A stretch of DNA of 64,000 nucleotides from Euglena gracilis (lineage: Eukaryota): positions 24,564,954-24,628,953 of the forward strand of contig CP154954.1 in NCBI GenBank assembly GCA_039621445.1, given 5' to 3'. The position numbers and the translations under genes were made by a program. Position 1 is the stretch's first letter. Each line of letters starts with the position of its first letter. A model generated the notes under the pieces. The model did not search any database. It was not told where the DNA came from and saw only the letters and a program-made list of their open reading frames with translations. Shown here piece by piece: positions 49,681-61,671 of this stretch.

Positions 49681-51418
49681 CCGCCGCGCCTTCCGCTCGC
49701 CCTTCTCCCGGTGCCCTGGACCGCCCCTCCGCCTCTCTCGGGCATGCCCCGTCCTTCCCCCGTTGGTCCGCACTTAGGCGGCCGGATTCGCATTTAAGCT
49801 TTTTTATGTTGATTTGCGCATTTGTGCAAATGTGCGAATTTTTTGATTTCGGCTGTGAAGGTCAGGGGGGTTTGAAAACACGGCGACCAGAGAGTGCGAA
49901 AAATGAGCAAAATTCTGTCATTGACGGCACGACCCCTGGGAGAAAAATGGTGGTTTTGGGTGGTCCGAAAACGGGCTTTGCACGTCGAAACCCCTGGACC
50001 TCCCCCCCCCCCCCGGAAGCGAAAACAATGCAAAAAAGCGACACAGGAACGGGACCTTTGCTGCCCTTGTTGCTCTTTTCGGCTGTCTCCCCGGGTATCC
50101 CCAAGCTGCCGGCAGTGTGCGTCCTGGGTGTTTGCCGGACTACTTTGCTTGCGGCGCCTTGGTGTGGTGTTTTTGGTGTGTTTGTTGTTGTGTTGGTGCG
50201 TGCATTTGCGCAAATAAACACAATTTTGCCCTTCAAGGATTGGGCTTTGGCGCCCATGAATTGACGCTGTCGATAAACGGCGTGGCATAGGGGCCGTGAC
50301 AGCACGGACCAGAGGGTCGTCCAGAAACATGGTCGGTTTGCCACACTGTTTGTCGACGGGACAAGTAAATGCGCGAATAAACAAAAATATGTTTATGCGC
50401 GCATTTGCGCCCATCAACACAATTTGTGTTGGTGGGCGCAAATGGGTGCATAGACACAAAGAAGAAGGGCGTGACAGACACACAACCGTCAAACTCCGGC
50501 AGCAGATTTGGTTCATTTTCGCATTTGCGCACATCGCATTTTTTTGTGGTGCAAATGCGCAAATGAACCGCATGAATAATTTTGTGCAAATTGCATCTGG
50601 TTCATTTGCGCATTTTAACCCACAAAGAAAGTGACGCGCGCAAATGCTCAAATGAACCATCAATGGAGGAGTAAAAAGCGGCTCCATTTGGCCCTCCAAC
50701 AGCTACCCTTAGTGGCTTCTGAATGGGTTCAACCCAAACAACCGCACCGTCTTCTTCAACGTCAGGTATTAGGGGGTTAATTCTACTCTGGTGACAGGAA
50801 AGTTAGAGATAGAGGATCTCCTGAAGGTGGGTGCGCAGCTACCCAATAACGGCGCACGTCTGCCGGCACCGGTTTTAGGATCCCAAGGGCCCTGCCGCTA
50901 ACCAGCGGCCTGGGCTCCGCTGCTGCAGCCACATCAGCTGCCGGGCACCCACCAGACCGGAATCAACCTCCCCGGTGCAACAACACCCAGCTTTAGCGAC
51001 CACGTTATTCCCCGCAACCGGGGCGTGAGACTGGTCTGACAACGTGGTGTTAGTGCGTGGCAACCGGCAGCCGGAGAAAGGTAGCCCTGAAGCACCCCAT
51101 TACTTTGGGCGAAGTGGTGAACCTTTACCAATGGCTTGGTTGCATGAAAGCGGTTGGACTCGCTCCCCACAAGTTATGCACAAATTGGTGTGTTTTACAT
51201 TTGTCAAGGGGAAAATGATGGAGAAAAACCAGAAAACGGACCCCGGCCCGAAACATCCTGGGTATTTCAGGTGCCAAATTTTGTCTTCTTGTGACGCAGC
51301 ACTGTTGCAGGAAAGGTGTCGAACAGTCACAGGTCGTTGCACGTCATCAATTCATTACATTTAACTTCCAAGCGAATGAGGCCAAAACAGCCGGCCTTGT
51401 GGGCGGGGAACAGCAGTA

Positions 51419-51854
51419 CCCCCCCCCCTATGTCCAACGACCCCCCTATGTCCAATGACCCCCCCCCCCCCCCCCGGTCAGAGGACACCTTTTCGGAGGT
51501 TTGACCAAATTTTTGGTCCCGGTGTGAAGCGCCGGGACGAAAAATTTTGCCCAAAAATTGGCCAAAAATTTGGCCAAAGTGCCATTTTTGACACTTTTTT
51601 GACAAAAATTTGTCAAAATTGCCCAAAATTTTCAGCGCGAAGCGCCGGAAGGGAAAATTTGGGCATTTTTGGGTGGGTTGGGTACTCATGGGGAAATTGG
51701 TGGGTACCCGGGTACCCACCAATTTTCTTTTGACCCCATGTCCAACGACCGCCCCCCCCCCCCCGGTCAGAGGACACCTTTTTGGTCACTACCCTATGTC
51801 CAACGACCCCCACCCGGTCAGAGGTTACCGGTCATTGGACATAGGGGGGGGGGG
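51419..51854. mobile_element. TA-flanked MITE nested in the cargo element
   Basis: TIR C-run-TATGTCCAACGACC / GGTCATTGGACATA-G-run, with TA at 51417-51418 and 51855-51856. Confidence 0.85.
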
Positions 51855-51881
51855 TACAAATGTACACACGTAAATGCGCAC

Positions 51882-52528
51882 TGGCGAGAGCGGAACACAG
51901 CATTTACAAGGTACGCTGTGTCTGAACAAGCAAGCAAGGTTGACAGAGATGAAGAAGATACATCAGAGTATTCACTGGGAGAGTACGAAGTCGATCAGCA
52001 AGTCGATTGCGTACTGTACGAAAGAGGAAACCAGACACGGTAATCGACATGGCTGAAGAGCTTGACTTGACTGCGCCCTACGGCTGGCAGTTGGCGGTGA
52101 TGAACATCATCGCCAGGCCTGTATGCAAGAGAAGCATATACTGGTTTTGGGAACCCGACGGCAACGTTGACAAATCGGAGCTTTGCAGTTGGCTGGTGGC
52201 TAAGCATAATGCACTCATGCTTTCGGGGAGACCAACTGATATGTATCATATGATATCCAAATTTCCGAAAAAAAGGAAGCTCATGACTATCGATCTCCCA
52301 AGATCCGCACGAGAGTGTGTGAATTATGAAGCTATCGAACATATCAAGAACGGCCTAGTATTTAGTTGTCAGGTACAGTTTAACAGACCTCACGTGATAG
52401 GCTTTTCAAACGCAAAACCATTTACACACCAGATGAGCACAGATAGATGGTACGTCATCGATATCAGAGAACTCATGAAGAACCCGAAGTCGCACGACGA
52501 AATAATTCAACGTAGTAAGTTAGCTTAA
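51882..52528 (+). pseudogene. rep: Endogenous CRESS-DNA virus Rep (HUH endonuclease plus SF3 helicase), 5'-truncated and frameshifted
   Basis: RCR motif II (GTQHLQG) and motif III (YCTKEET), then a frameshift near 52040. Walker A WEPDGNVDKS (G to D), Walker B TIDLPRS, YEAIEHIKNG, motif C HVIGFSN and Arg finger STDRW. Motif I is absent. Confidence 0.9.
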
Positions 52529-53113
52529 TAGTTAGATCAAAAGAACTGTTGGTAGTATCAGCAGTAGCTACATAGGGTATAATATAACACATATGCGCTG
52601 GACTCTCATCGTATCGTGATGCAAACTTATCAGATGTCTTCACCGTCATAGGTTTCTCACCGGTAAGCTTTGACACAGACAGATAACCAGTCAAACGCAG
52701 ATTGCTCTTATTTCCTAAGGAGTTACTTCCTCGAACCCATCGGTGATTTTTCTTCTCCGTGGCTAGCTCAAGCTGAGTATCAGGATCATTTACATGACTC
52801 AAACGAACACCGAGCCAGAAGGCTCTCTGTGATTGACAGCTGGTGCACGAAATATCGTACTTGATTCCAAACACTCTGTATCCCAGATAGAACTGAGGCA
52901 TCCATTGATCAAACAGGTAGGCTTGATGACCATTGCCATCAGTGCGTGGCATGTAAATGGACGTCTGGTACTGTAAGCCCGAGTTGATTATACTGGAATT
53001 CGCAACGTAGTGTTGGATGTCGACATAGTTGAGTTTAGTGAAAATCCTATCAGGCAGGCCGCGAGTAATATATGAGGTAGATGGACGTGCCGTAACCTTA
53101 CGCCCGAAAGTGC
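52473..53113 (-). pseudogene. cap: CRESS-DNA virus capsid-like ORF, 5'-truncated, otherwise open
   Basis: About 210 open codons convergent with and overlapping rep. GLPDRIFTKLNY, YRVFGIKY and FDLTIKLTYYVELF resemble CRESS jelly-roll capsid motifs. No ATG and no basic N-terminal arm. Confidence 0.75.
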
Positions 53114-56100
53114 AAATGCGCACACAAACACACCTATCACGTTCAAAAGCCTCGTAGGTCCGTGGTAATAATCAGTGTGTTTTAAGACAGATATGTTGTT
53201 CGTTGCACGCCATTGCACAAACCATCCACATACCAGTTTCCCCAAGACGTTGGTGCGCACAAATGCGCCCATAAACAAATTATGTTTGTGCGCTCATTTG
53301 CGCCCACAAACATGTATTTTTACCTTCAACGTTTTGCATTTTATTTGTGCAAGTGCGCAAATAAACATATTGTGTTTATTTGCGCAAATACGCGCATAAA
53401 CACACATCAGTTGCATGACGGCTGACGTAGTCTGTAGCATCTGATCTAATAAGGCTCCGTGTGTTCCTACGGGCGGCTGCAGTATCCAAGCCAGTTCAGG
53501 CACCGTGACAGCACCAGTGCCAATAGTCGTAACAGTGGGTGTGTGCTTCCAACCTGTTTGATGCACGAGAGCACCAATCTCTCCCTCCACCCCCTTCACG
53601 TCATTTGGTAAGCGGCATTTGCACCAAACCTCCTGGAGTTGATCCCCTTCAACACAGGGTTGCCACAGTTCATAAATTGTTTTCCGTCTGTCAGGGTACA
53701 GGGTCCCAGAAATTTCGTAAAAATTGTAAATTTGCGCAAATGCGCCCATTTCAAAGAAAAAACCCTTGCGAATCCTGCCGCCTAAGCCGCACCCACCCCG
53801 CCCCCTCCCTTTCGCCTCCTGGGCCGCCCGCTCCTCCAATCGCATGCACAGCCGTCTCAGCCGCACCTCCGCATCCGCCATCCAGTGGAATCCGGTGGAC
53901 GTGCAAGTCAGCCCTCAGCCTCAGCCCATCGCCGGGCAATGTCGTTCCAGGGGGGGGGGGGTTGCCATTGTCTGGGCCCAGAGACTGTTGGAGAGTTGTG
54001 TCTGGCTGGACCCCCCACCCGTCGGGTTCCCTACTACACGTTGTTCCCTACTACACGTTGTTCCCTACACGTCGGGTTCCCTCCTCCCTCCCTCACCCCC
54101 CTCCCATTTTTTGAGACCACAAAATTACCCCCCCCCCCCCGGTCTTCGCCGAGCCCCCCACCCACCGGCAAAACCCGGGCTGGACCGAGAAATTTTTGGA
54201 GCAAGGCGCCGAAATTTTTTGGAAATGGGGTCCAAAATTGCTTCAAAAAACGGCATTTTTGGGTCGTTTTCGGATTTCAAATTTTGGATAAAAAAATGCC
54301 AACTGGCTGGGTTTGGGCTCTGGGGGGTATTGTTTGGGTACCAGCCAGGTCCAGCTCCCAGCCGGCCGGACCCCCCCCCCCGGACCCTCCACCCCTGGGG
54401 GGGGGTCCAGCCAGCACCTTTTCCAGCCGGTCCGCGGGACCCCACCCCCCGGGGTGCTTAAGAAAACCCCCAGTGGTGGCTGGCTGGCCGACCGGGTGGG
54501 TGCCAAATCGGACCCCCTAGGTCGTGAGAAAGCTTGGCTCCTCACGCCCGTCGGGTTGGCTTCCCAACCCAAGTCACCCCATTCCTCCTGGGAAGGAATG
54601 GAGGGGGCGGCCCCCGGATCTTTTCGACGCCCCTCCCCCCTTTGGGCCGCGCCTCTGCCATGTGTGCCTCTTGCCTGTCGGGGTCCCGCCGCTTGCCCCC
54701 GCCCCCCTCTCCCGGCTTGCCCGGTTTGGTCTGTATGCTCGCTCTGACGCTCTGAAGCGGCTGCAACGATCGGCGGTCGGAGGCGGGGGAAGGTTCTGGG
54801 TGGGGCCGGGGCTGGAAGGAATCCCTGGACCCTATGGTGGTGGGCGGGAGCACACAATCACTTGGTCGTTGGCCAACCCCCCTGAGGGGTGGGTGACTGA
54901 TTTTTTTTCCAGATTGGACTGACGTTTTCTTTTTTTTTTGGCCCGGTCGACCCCTTCCCCTGAGGGGGGAGGGGTCGACAGAAATCACTTAAGTGGACAG
55001 GCATCGAAGGCGTGGAAAAATTCCTCACCCACAAAAATTTTTGTGTCCAAAATGAACTGCATTACTGTACCACAATTTCTGCCCTAGGTGGGGGTTCATA
55101 GAATCATAATCTGGGTTTTTCTTTTGTCCCAAATCCGCATCAATTGAAACAGTTGCATGGTGAGGGTGGACCCCTGTCCAGGTCGGTGGGGCGCGGTCCA
55201 ACCCCCGCTTCCCATTTTTCCGAGCCGCCGGTTCTTAGGTCAAATCTTTCCTCGTGAACCGCCATACGGTGGGTTGGGCCGGGTTTCCTGTGCAGACAGC
55301 GGTGGGTGGGGCAAACGCCTGTGCGCACGTCGCCCAAGGCCGACGCCCCCATCCTCCTGGGTGGCCGTCCGTGCGTCTGTGTGGCCGCCGTGCCCCCCGC
55401 TCTGTCGGGCGGCGCGGCTTCCCCACAGCCAAGGCCCTCCTGCTCCCCATCCGGCCGCTTGTCCTTCTGACTGTTCTGTTGGGGGATTGGGGCATTGTCT
55501 GTGATTGATTCCCTGTTGTCTGACACCCTTTTTTTAAAAGAAATAATCTTTGGTGATCTTTGCGAGCGGCCGAGCTCAGGTAACGGCCGGGGGCGGTCCC
55601 GACCTAAATTTCAAACTGCCACATTACGCCTCCAACGGCTGAGGCATTCGTTTCGTAAGGGCGTCTTTTTTGATGCCAAAGGCTCCATGAAGCGAAGGCC
55701 GCACAAACGCCTTATCCCAACCAGAATGATGGTCCACAAAACACTCAATGACTTTCGTCACATTCCCAATTGCAGGGCAGTGTTGGCGGCGCCAAACCTC
55801 GGTTGCTTGTCCTCCCTCCGCCACCACCCCCCTCCCTCGCCTCGCCTCGGACTGCCTGGCCTCCCCGCGGCCGGGGTCTGGGGTCGGCCTGCCACACTCT
55901 GTCCCACCCCTCGGCCAGGCTTCCAGATCAGATTTTTACCCAAGGCCAATTTGCATCATATTTGAACGTTTTCCCTTTTTTTTGCCAACAAATTCCATAC
56001 ATTTGGCATCAGTATGTACAAAAATCACAAAAAACCTTGGTTTGAGACTTTTTTTGAAAAAAGGAAAATGTGAATGCCAGTTCAAGACAAGCACCCATTT

Positions 56101-56375
56101 AATTTGCATATTGGGAAAGACCATCTCCTGGAAAAAATCCTCTCCTCTCCACAGCTGCCTCCGCAAGTTTCTCCGCAAGCAATCCCTCCCGAAAGGCAAA
56201 GTCTTTGGCCACAGTCGTTGTTCACCCTCCACCCTTAACCCTGATGCCGTCCGTGCTGGAAGAAGTGCCTGGTTGAGTCAGCAAATGGATGGTTATTTTT
56301 CTGGTTCTGTTGAGTTACGTCCTCTTTTCCTCTTCTGCCTACACAACGTTGGATGTGTTTCTGAGTTTATATGTA

Positions 56376-56557
56376 CCTCCCCCGGGCGCTTGGCCCCCCT
56401 CCTCCTTACATGCAAACTTGGCCCCCCTAAAGTTGGCCTTTGGCCTTTTGCACATGGCCGCCAAATTTATTAACATGCAAATTTGGCCCTAAGGTTGGCC
56501 CCCCAGCCTTACCTTCAATCATGGCCCGGGCCAAGCGCCCGGGGGGGGGGGGGGAGG
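56376..56557. mobile_element. TA-flanked MITE, CCCGGGCGCTTGGCC TIR
   Basis: TA at 56374-56375 and 56558-56559; CCTCC.../...GGAGG termini like those of the pogo element. Confidence 0.85.
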
Positions 56558-56565
56558 TACGATAT

Positions 56566-56616
56566 CAGCCTCCAACTAAAGGGACCCCCCCGGGGGGTCC
56601 CTTTAGTTGGAGGCTG
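56566..56616. repeat. Perfect hairpin with 25-bp arms
   Basis: CAGCCTCCAACTAAAGGGACCCCCC-C-GGGGGGTCCCTTTAGTTGGAGGCTG. Confidence 0.95.
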
Positions 56617-56785
56617 CCATTTACGCATGCCTCCGCCCAGGCGCTTGGCCCCCCTCCTCCTTACATGCAAATCTCGCCCCCCTAAAGTTGGCCTTTGGCA
56701 TTTTGCAAACGGCTGCCAAAATTCTTGACATGCAAACTTGGCCCCCCTGAGGTTGGCCCCCCTGGTGGGAGAGGTATATGTACAC

Positions 56786-56818
<33 letters not shown>

Positions 56819-57536
56819 TGTATATTTAATATTTTGCAATAATTATTTTGTATTAACCCCCCCTCAATTAGAAGCGCCTCAGGGCTATTATTCGGTCAGT
56901 TTGTGTCAAACCCGGGGGTTGCTTCTTATTGGGTCGAAGCGCCGAAAACCTTCGGCGCTTCCCGCCGGGTGTAAAAAATCAGGCTTTTTGGACAAGCGTC
57001 CTGTGTCCCAACCCTCCCTCACCGAGAAACCAAAGGATTTCTACACCTTATGACCAACTTTTTTGCATTTCACCCCAGATATGTTTCCATTTGACGCCAA
57101 TTTGTTTGCACTTAACCACAAAAAAAGTGCGTGTTTCACCCCAATTTGTTTGCATTTCATCACAAAAATGTCTGCACACTATCCCAAAATGTTTGCACGT
57201 TTTCAGAAAATTCTTGTACTTGGATCTGGTTTTTTGCACAATTTCCACCAGTCGGAATGCATTTTTTTACATTGATAACATGTGGGCTTTTTTTTTCATT
57301 GTGCAAAAAAAATACGACGCAGTGCACAAAACTTTTTGCAGTTGTGACCAAAAAACAATGCGGTTGAAGGTCATGGGCAAAAATTCTGACACGCTTTGGC
57401 AAATATTTTTGCCAGGCGTGGGCAAAAAAATTTGGTTGCAAGGTGTAGGATTGTGGCCAAAGACCCGATCCATCTTGCATTTGTGTGTTTGCAGTTTGCC
57501 AGTGCTTGAATATGTGTGTCTGCCCTGGGGGGGAAA

Positions 57537-58048
57537 CAGGGAATTTCTTAAGCCGGAGGGTACCCTACCCCCCGGGGGGGGGTCCAGCCAGCCAGCAGCT
57601 CAAATCCAGCCAGCAGCCCAAATTCGGGCTGGGAGCCCCCCCCCCCCCGGGGGGCGAGTGAAATAAAGTCGGGTCCAGCCCGGCCGGAGGCCGGGCCAGC
57701 CGGCCGAAGGCCGGCCCAGCCGGCCGCAAGCTGGCCAGCCAACTGGGCTGTCCAGGTCATTTATCCCTGCATTTTCCCCCCTCATCACAGCCCCTCCATC
57801 ACAGCCCCCCAGCGTTGATCTAGCTCCACCCATCAAAATGTCGAAAATGGCAAAAATGTGTTAGAAAATTTTGTTTTTCCTCGACCCAGCCCAGCCCAGC
57901 CCGCTCCAGCCCCGGACCCCCCCCCCTCCCCCCCCCACCCACCCCGGGGGGGGGGGTCCAGCCAGCAGCTCAAATCTAGCCAGCAGCCTTTTTGCCAGCC
58001 GGAGGCTGGACCCCCCCCCCCCCCGGGGGGTCCTTAAGAAATTCCCTG
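57537..58048. mobile_element. hAT-like MITE
   Basis: 16-bp perfect TIR CAGGGAATTTCTTAAG / CTTAAGAAATTCCCTG with 8-bp TSD GGGGGAAA. Confidence 0.88.
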
Positions 58049-60661
58049 GGGGGAAATCCGAGGGGGGAGGGGCTTCATTTGGGGAAGGGCTTCTTTGGGG
58101 GGGAGCGTTACCTCATGAAGTTTGAATTTCACAAGGACAGCCGCAAAAAGATGATTGGGAATGGCAATTTTAGGAAAAAAGGATGGCTGGGTCCGTGGCG
58201 GAAATTGGTAGTTTTGACAACAACAACAGAAAACAAATCAGGGGGGCCAGACTGAAAGCTGAATGGCAGCCTGCCGGGAAACTGGAACTGTCCCCTCCGC
58301 TCTTTTGCCGCCTCTGCGCTTCTCGTCCGTCCGCCACCTATGGACCAGGGGGGAAACCCAACGCTGTCAACGTCTTGGCTTCTTGAGACACTCTGCGCCT
58401 GGCTGACTGACCTGAGCCCCTGCCCCTGCCGTGAATGGACCTGCGCCGAATCCCCGGATTTGTTGCTCAAGAAAAGTGGTTTCCTTCTTAGCCCCTCCCC
58501 CGCTGTCAGCGCGGCTTTGAGTCAGCAACCACTTGGCGCCGGGCAGAGGTCTGCTGGGGAGAGGGACTAACTTGCGTGGGAGGCACCAACTTTCGAATTT
58601 TGGATTTGAGGAAACCTGAGATTTAATGCGAATCAATTTTTTATGGATTTCCCTCGTAAATGGATTCCCGGGATCCTTTCTTTTTAGTGAAGGCAGCAGG
58701 GGGTAAAAATTGTCTTGAGGGAAGCCGGTGCTTCTTTTTTTTTGGACTCCCGGATTTCTCAGGAGTTGAAAAAAAAACCAAATAATGCCCCCACTTGGAC
58801 CAGGGCTTTGGGCAAAAATATTACACCGGGGGGTTTTGCCACGTGGTTCACGCGGTGTTGCACACGATACAAAGCACGAGGTTCATGTGGGACTTTCAAA
58901 AAAGAAGCAACAAAACTAAAAATTAAAATAAAACAAAAACGCCCACAAAAAGGATTCAGCAGAATAAATAACTGTCGTTTGAATTCCCTATTAGGGCTTA
59001 TATTCTCTTGTATTTGTTCGTCATATTTTATTTTTCAGTTTTTTTTTTCAATCAAATTTTTACAATTTTTCTTCATGTGCTTTTTGGAGGAAAAATGTAA
59101 GGGATTGTCCACAGCATACACTTCGTCGCATGAAATAACGTTGCACGATGGAAATGAAAATTTAAAGGGAATGAAAAGTTTTGAAGTCCTCTCCGGCAAG
59201 TCTGGGGTTTGGACAAAAAATTCCCCCAGTGGGATTTCTTTAAAGATTTTTAAGGCATTTTGTGGTCTTTTAAGCAAGGAGGGGAAATTGAGTCCCTGGT
59301 CCAAGTAAACGAGTGGGGCGGGGGCTCGGACCCCCTGTCCATTCAACAAGAGGGGCCAAAGCCAGAATTGCCTGTGTTTCAGCTTGGCCAGCAGACAAAT
59401 GTGTAGTGTGATGGGTCCACTCCACGGAAAGGGTGAGGGTGAGTGTGATTGATTCGGAATAGGGTTAGGGATTGGGTTTGGTGTAGGGTCAGGGGGGTTG
59501 GTGTGTGCATTTGGAGAAGGGTTAGGTTTAGGGCTGATTTCATTTTAATTTTCTGTTTTAGTTTTTGGCCATATTTCTCCTAACTTATTCGTTTGGGCTA
59601 CCCTAACTCTAATCCTATTCTTTTCTTCACAACAATTGTAATTATAAATTTATCTCAAAAAAAGATCTCAGGAAAATAAATGGTGGCGAAACCCCAATAA
59701 GGGTACATTTAGAAAATTAAACCTCCCCTCTCGTTCACTCACTGGAACTGGGGGCCCAGTGGTTTTGGGCTGTCATCGAAATCTCCAGAATGAAGTTTTT
59801 GGGGCGTTTTCGTGACACTGAACTGCATTTTATGGGTTGTGCTCTGGGGGGTCCGATGTTCGGGGTGACTATGGAGGGGTTAGAAGGTGCCCTCTCCCCT
59901 GTTGGGAGGGGGTAGTCACCCACCCCTCCTCAAAAGAAAGTCAAAAACCCAAAAAAAATTCCAGCGCTTAAGATAAATTTTTCTCACGTATTTCCATATA
60001 TTCTCATTTTTTGCATGTTCATTGGAATTTTGGTTTTGTGAATTTTCGATGTTTTCCTTTTTCTTTCTTTTTCTACATTACTGATTGGTTTTAGTTTTTA
60101 ACGAAGGTTGTGCTTGAAGTTTGTTTTGAAGTTTTTCTTGAGATCCCAAAGTGCTTTTTTTTCCCTCTTAACAAAGCTCGGGGTGAAGAATTTTTTTCAA
60201 GACGTTGATTATCTTTCATCATGGTAAAAAAAAAAGATATTTAAAGTTTTTTTCCAAATAAAAATGGAAATTTTAAAAAACAATAATGCATTCTTCTTTC
60301 CATCTCATCACTTTTTCCCAAAAGGGCTTTTTAAAAAAGAATTCCTGGATTTATTCCCATTTTTCAAAATATTTGGCAAACCTGTGATAAATACAGAATC
60401 ATGTGTACAAAAAAGGCACATGGCATGTTATCCAATTGCAAACTGTATTTATTTGTCCACAAATGAACAGAAATTTTTGCAAGGCACATCAACAAGCTGG
60501 TAAAAAGCAGAAGTTTTTGACGTTATTTTCTTCCCCAAGGAACTCAATAATTTGCTGGTTAAGGCACAAAAACCCTCAGGAATAAAACACAAAAAAAAAA
60601 CTCTCAAAAAGGGGGGAGACGTGGATATATTCATTGGTGCATTTTTTCGTGTATCTCTTAG

Positions 60662-61144
60662 GTGGCTGAGAGGTCCATTGATGCCGGACACCGCACGCTT
60701 TTGTATTTTAATTGCGCGCTGACCCAGATCCTCTCCCTGCACAGCGGGGTGCCCCCGCCCGGCATGCCGCACCCCGTTCACGCGACACTCAGTCCACGGG
60801 CGGGGTTCGAAGCGTCTTGCCCTGGACGCCCGGAAAGTGTGCGTCCAGAACTGTGTCTCGCTGAAATCCGCCCCCCCGCAGGGGGCTGCTCTCCGCCGGG
60901 GTCGGCTTCCCCGCTGGCGCCTCACGACGCGTCCCACTTCGGCACTTCCCCAACGCCTCCTCCCCCCCTCCCCCGCGGCCCCTCTCCCCCGCTCATCCGT
61001 GTGGGCCTGGCCCGCTGCCGCCCAAAGGCGCTTGCATTTCCTGCTGCCCATTTCAGGCGGCTGGGAGCAGCCTTTCCCACCACCGGGGGGCGGTCCGAGC
61101 GGTGGCACGTCCAAGCGCTTTTCGGCGCGGTGGGGCTGTCGAAG
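60662..61144 (+). CDS. Possible exon of an unidentified host gene
   Basis: GC-rich open frame bounded by TTAG| and |GTAAAAG; no recognisable domain. Confidence 0.25.
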
Positions 61145-61490
61145 GTAAAAGTTAGCTCCAAATTTGCACTGTGAAATTTTTCTTGCAGCGAAATGGTGTC
61201 GTTTAAAAAAAAAAGAAGAAGAAAAGAACGCTGATGGCCATTTGCAGTATGCTGCACAGGACGCTGGCTGTCGGAGAACGTCACCAATTAAAGTGAGCTG
61301 GCACTGAAAACAACTTTGAGCGTTAAGATGGTTTCCGGAAAGCCTCTTGAAAACTTGGAGAGGACCGTGGACGGCACAGAGTCGGTTCAGCAGGACAGCT
61401 GGGCAACAGCATCTGTTCAAAGGTCGTTATGGTTATCGGCGGGGTGGTTTTAAGAAAGGCCCACAACTCCAACGACAGGGACGAACCGCC

Positions 61491-61671
61491 CGGATTGTCA
61501 CATTGTCACATTGTCGGATTGTCACATTGTCACATTGTCGGATTGTCACATTGTCACATTGTCGGATTGTCACATATTGTCACATTGTCGGATTGTCACA
61601 TTGTCACATTGTCGGATTGTCACACTGTCACATTGTCGGATTGTCACATTGTCACATTGTCGGATTGTCAC
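61491..61671. repeat. 24-bp tandem repeat CGGATTGTCACATTGTCACATTGT
   Basis: Directly visible; built from 8-bp subunits. Confidence 0.95.

Larger units (their letters stand above)
49773..53786. mobile_element. Non-autonomous TIR element carrying captured viral and other DNA
   Basis: Termini CTTAGGCGGCCGGATTCGCA / TGCGAATCCTGCCGCCTAAG (19 of 20 inverted match, looser match for about 70 bp). 5-bp direct repeat CCGCA at 49768-49772 and 53787-53791. No transposase seen. Confidence 0.8.

Noticed and set aside
51857-53130. Complete or replication-competent CRESS genome
   Set aside because: No nonanucleotide stem-loop, no RCR motif I, a broken Rep and a truncated capsid start.
49767-53792. hAT reading of the cargo element (TAGG...CCTA with 8-bp TSD)
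   Set aside because: The 8-bp flanks TCCGCACT and AGCCGCAC are out of register; CTTAGG/CCTAAG ends with a 5-bp CCGCA repeat fit exactly.
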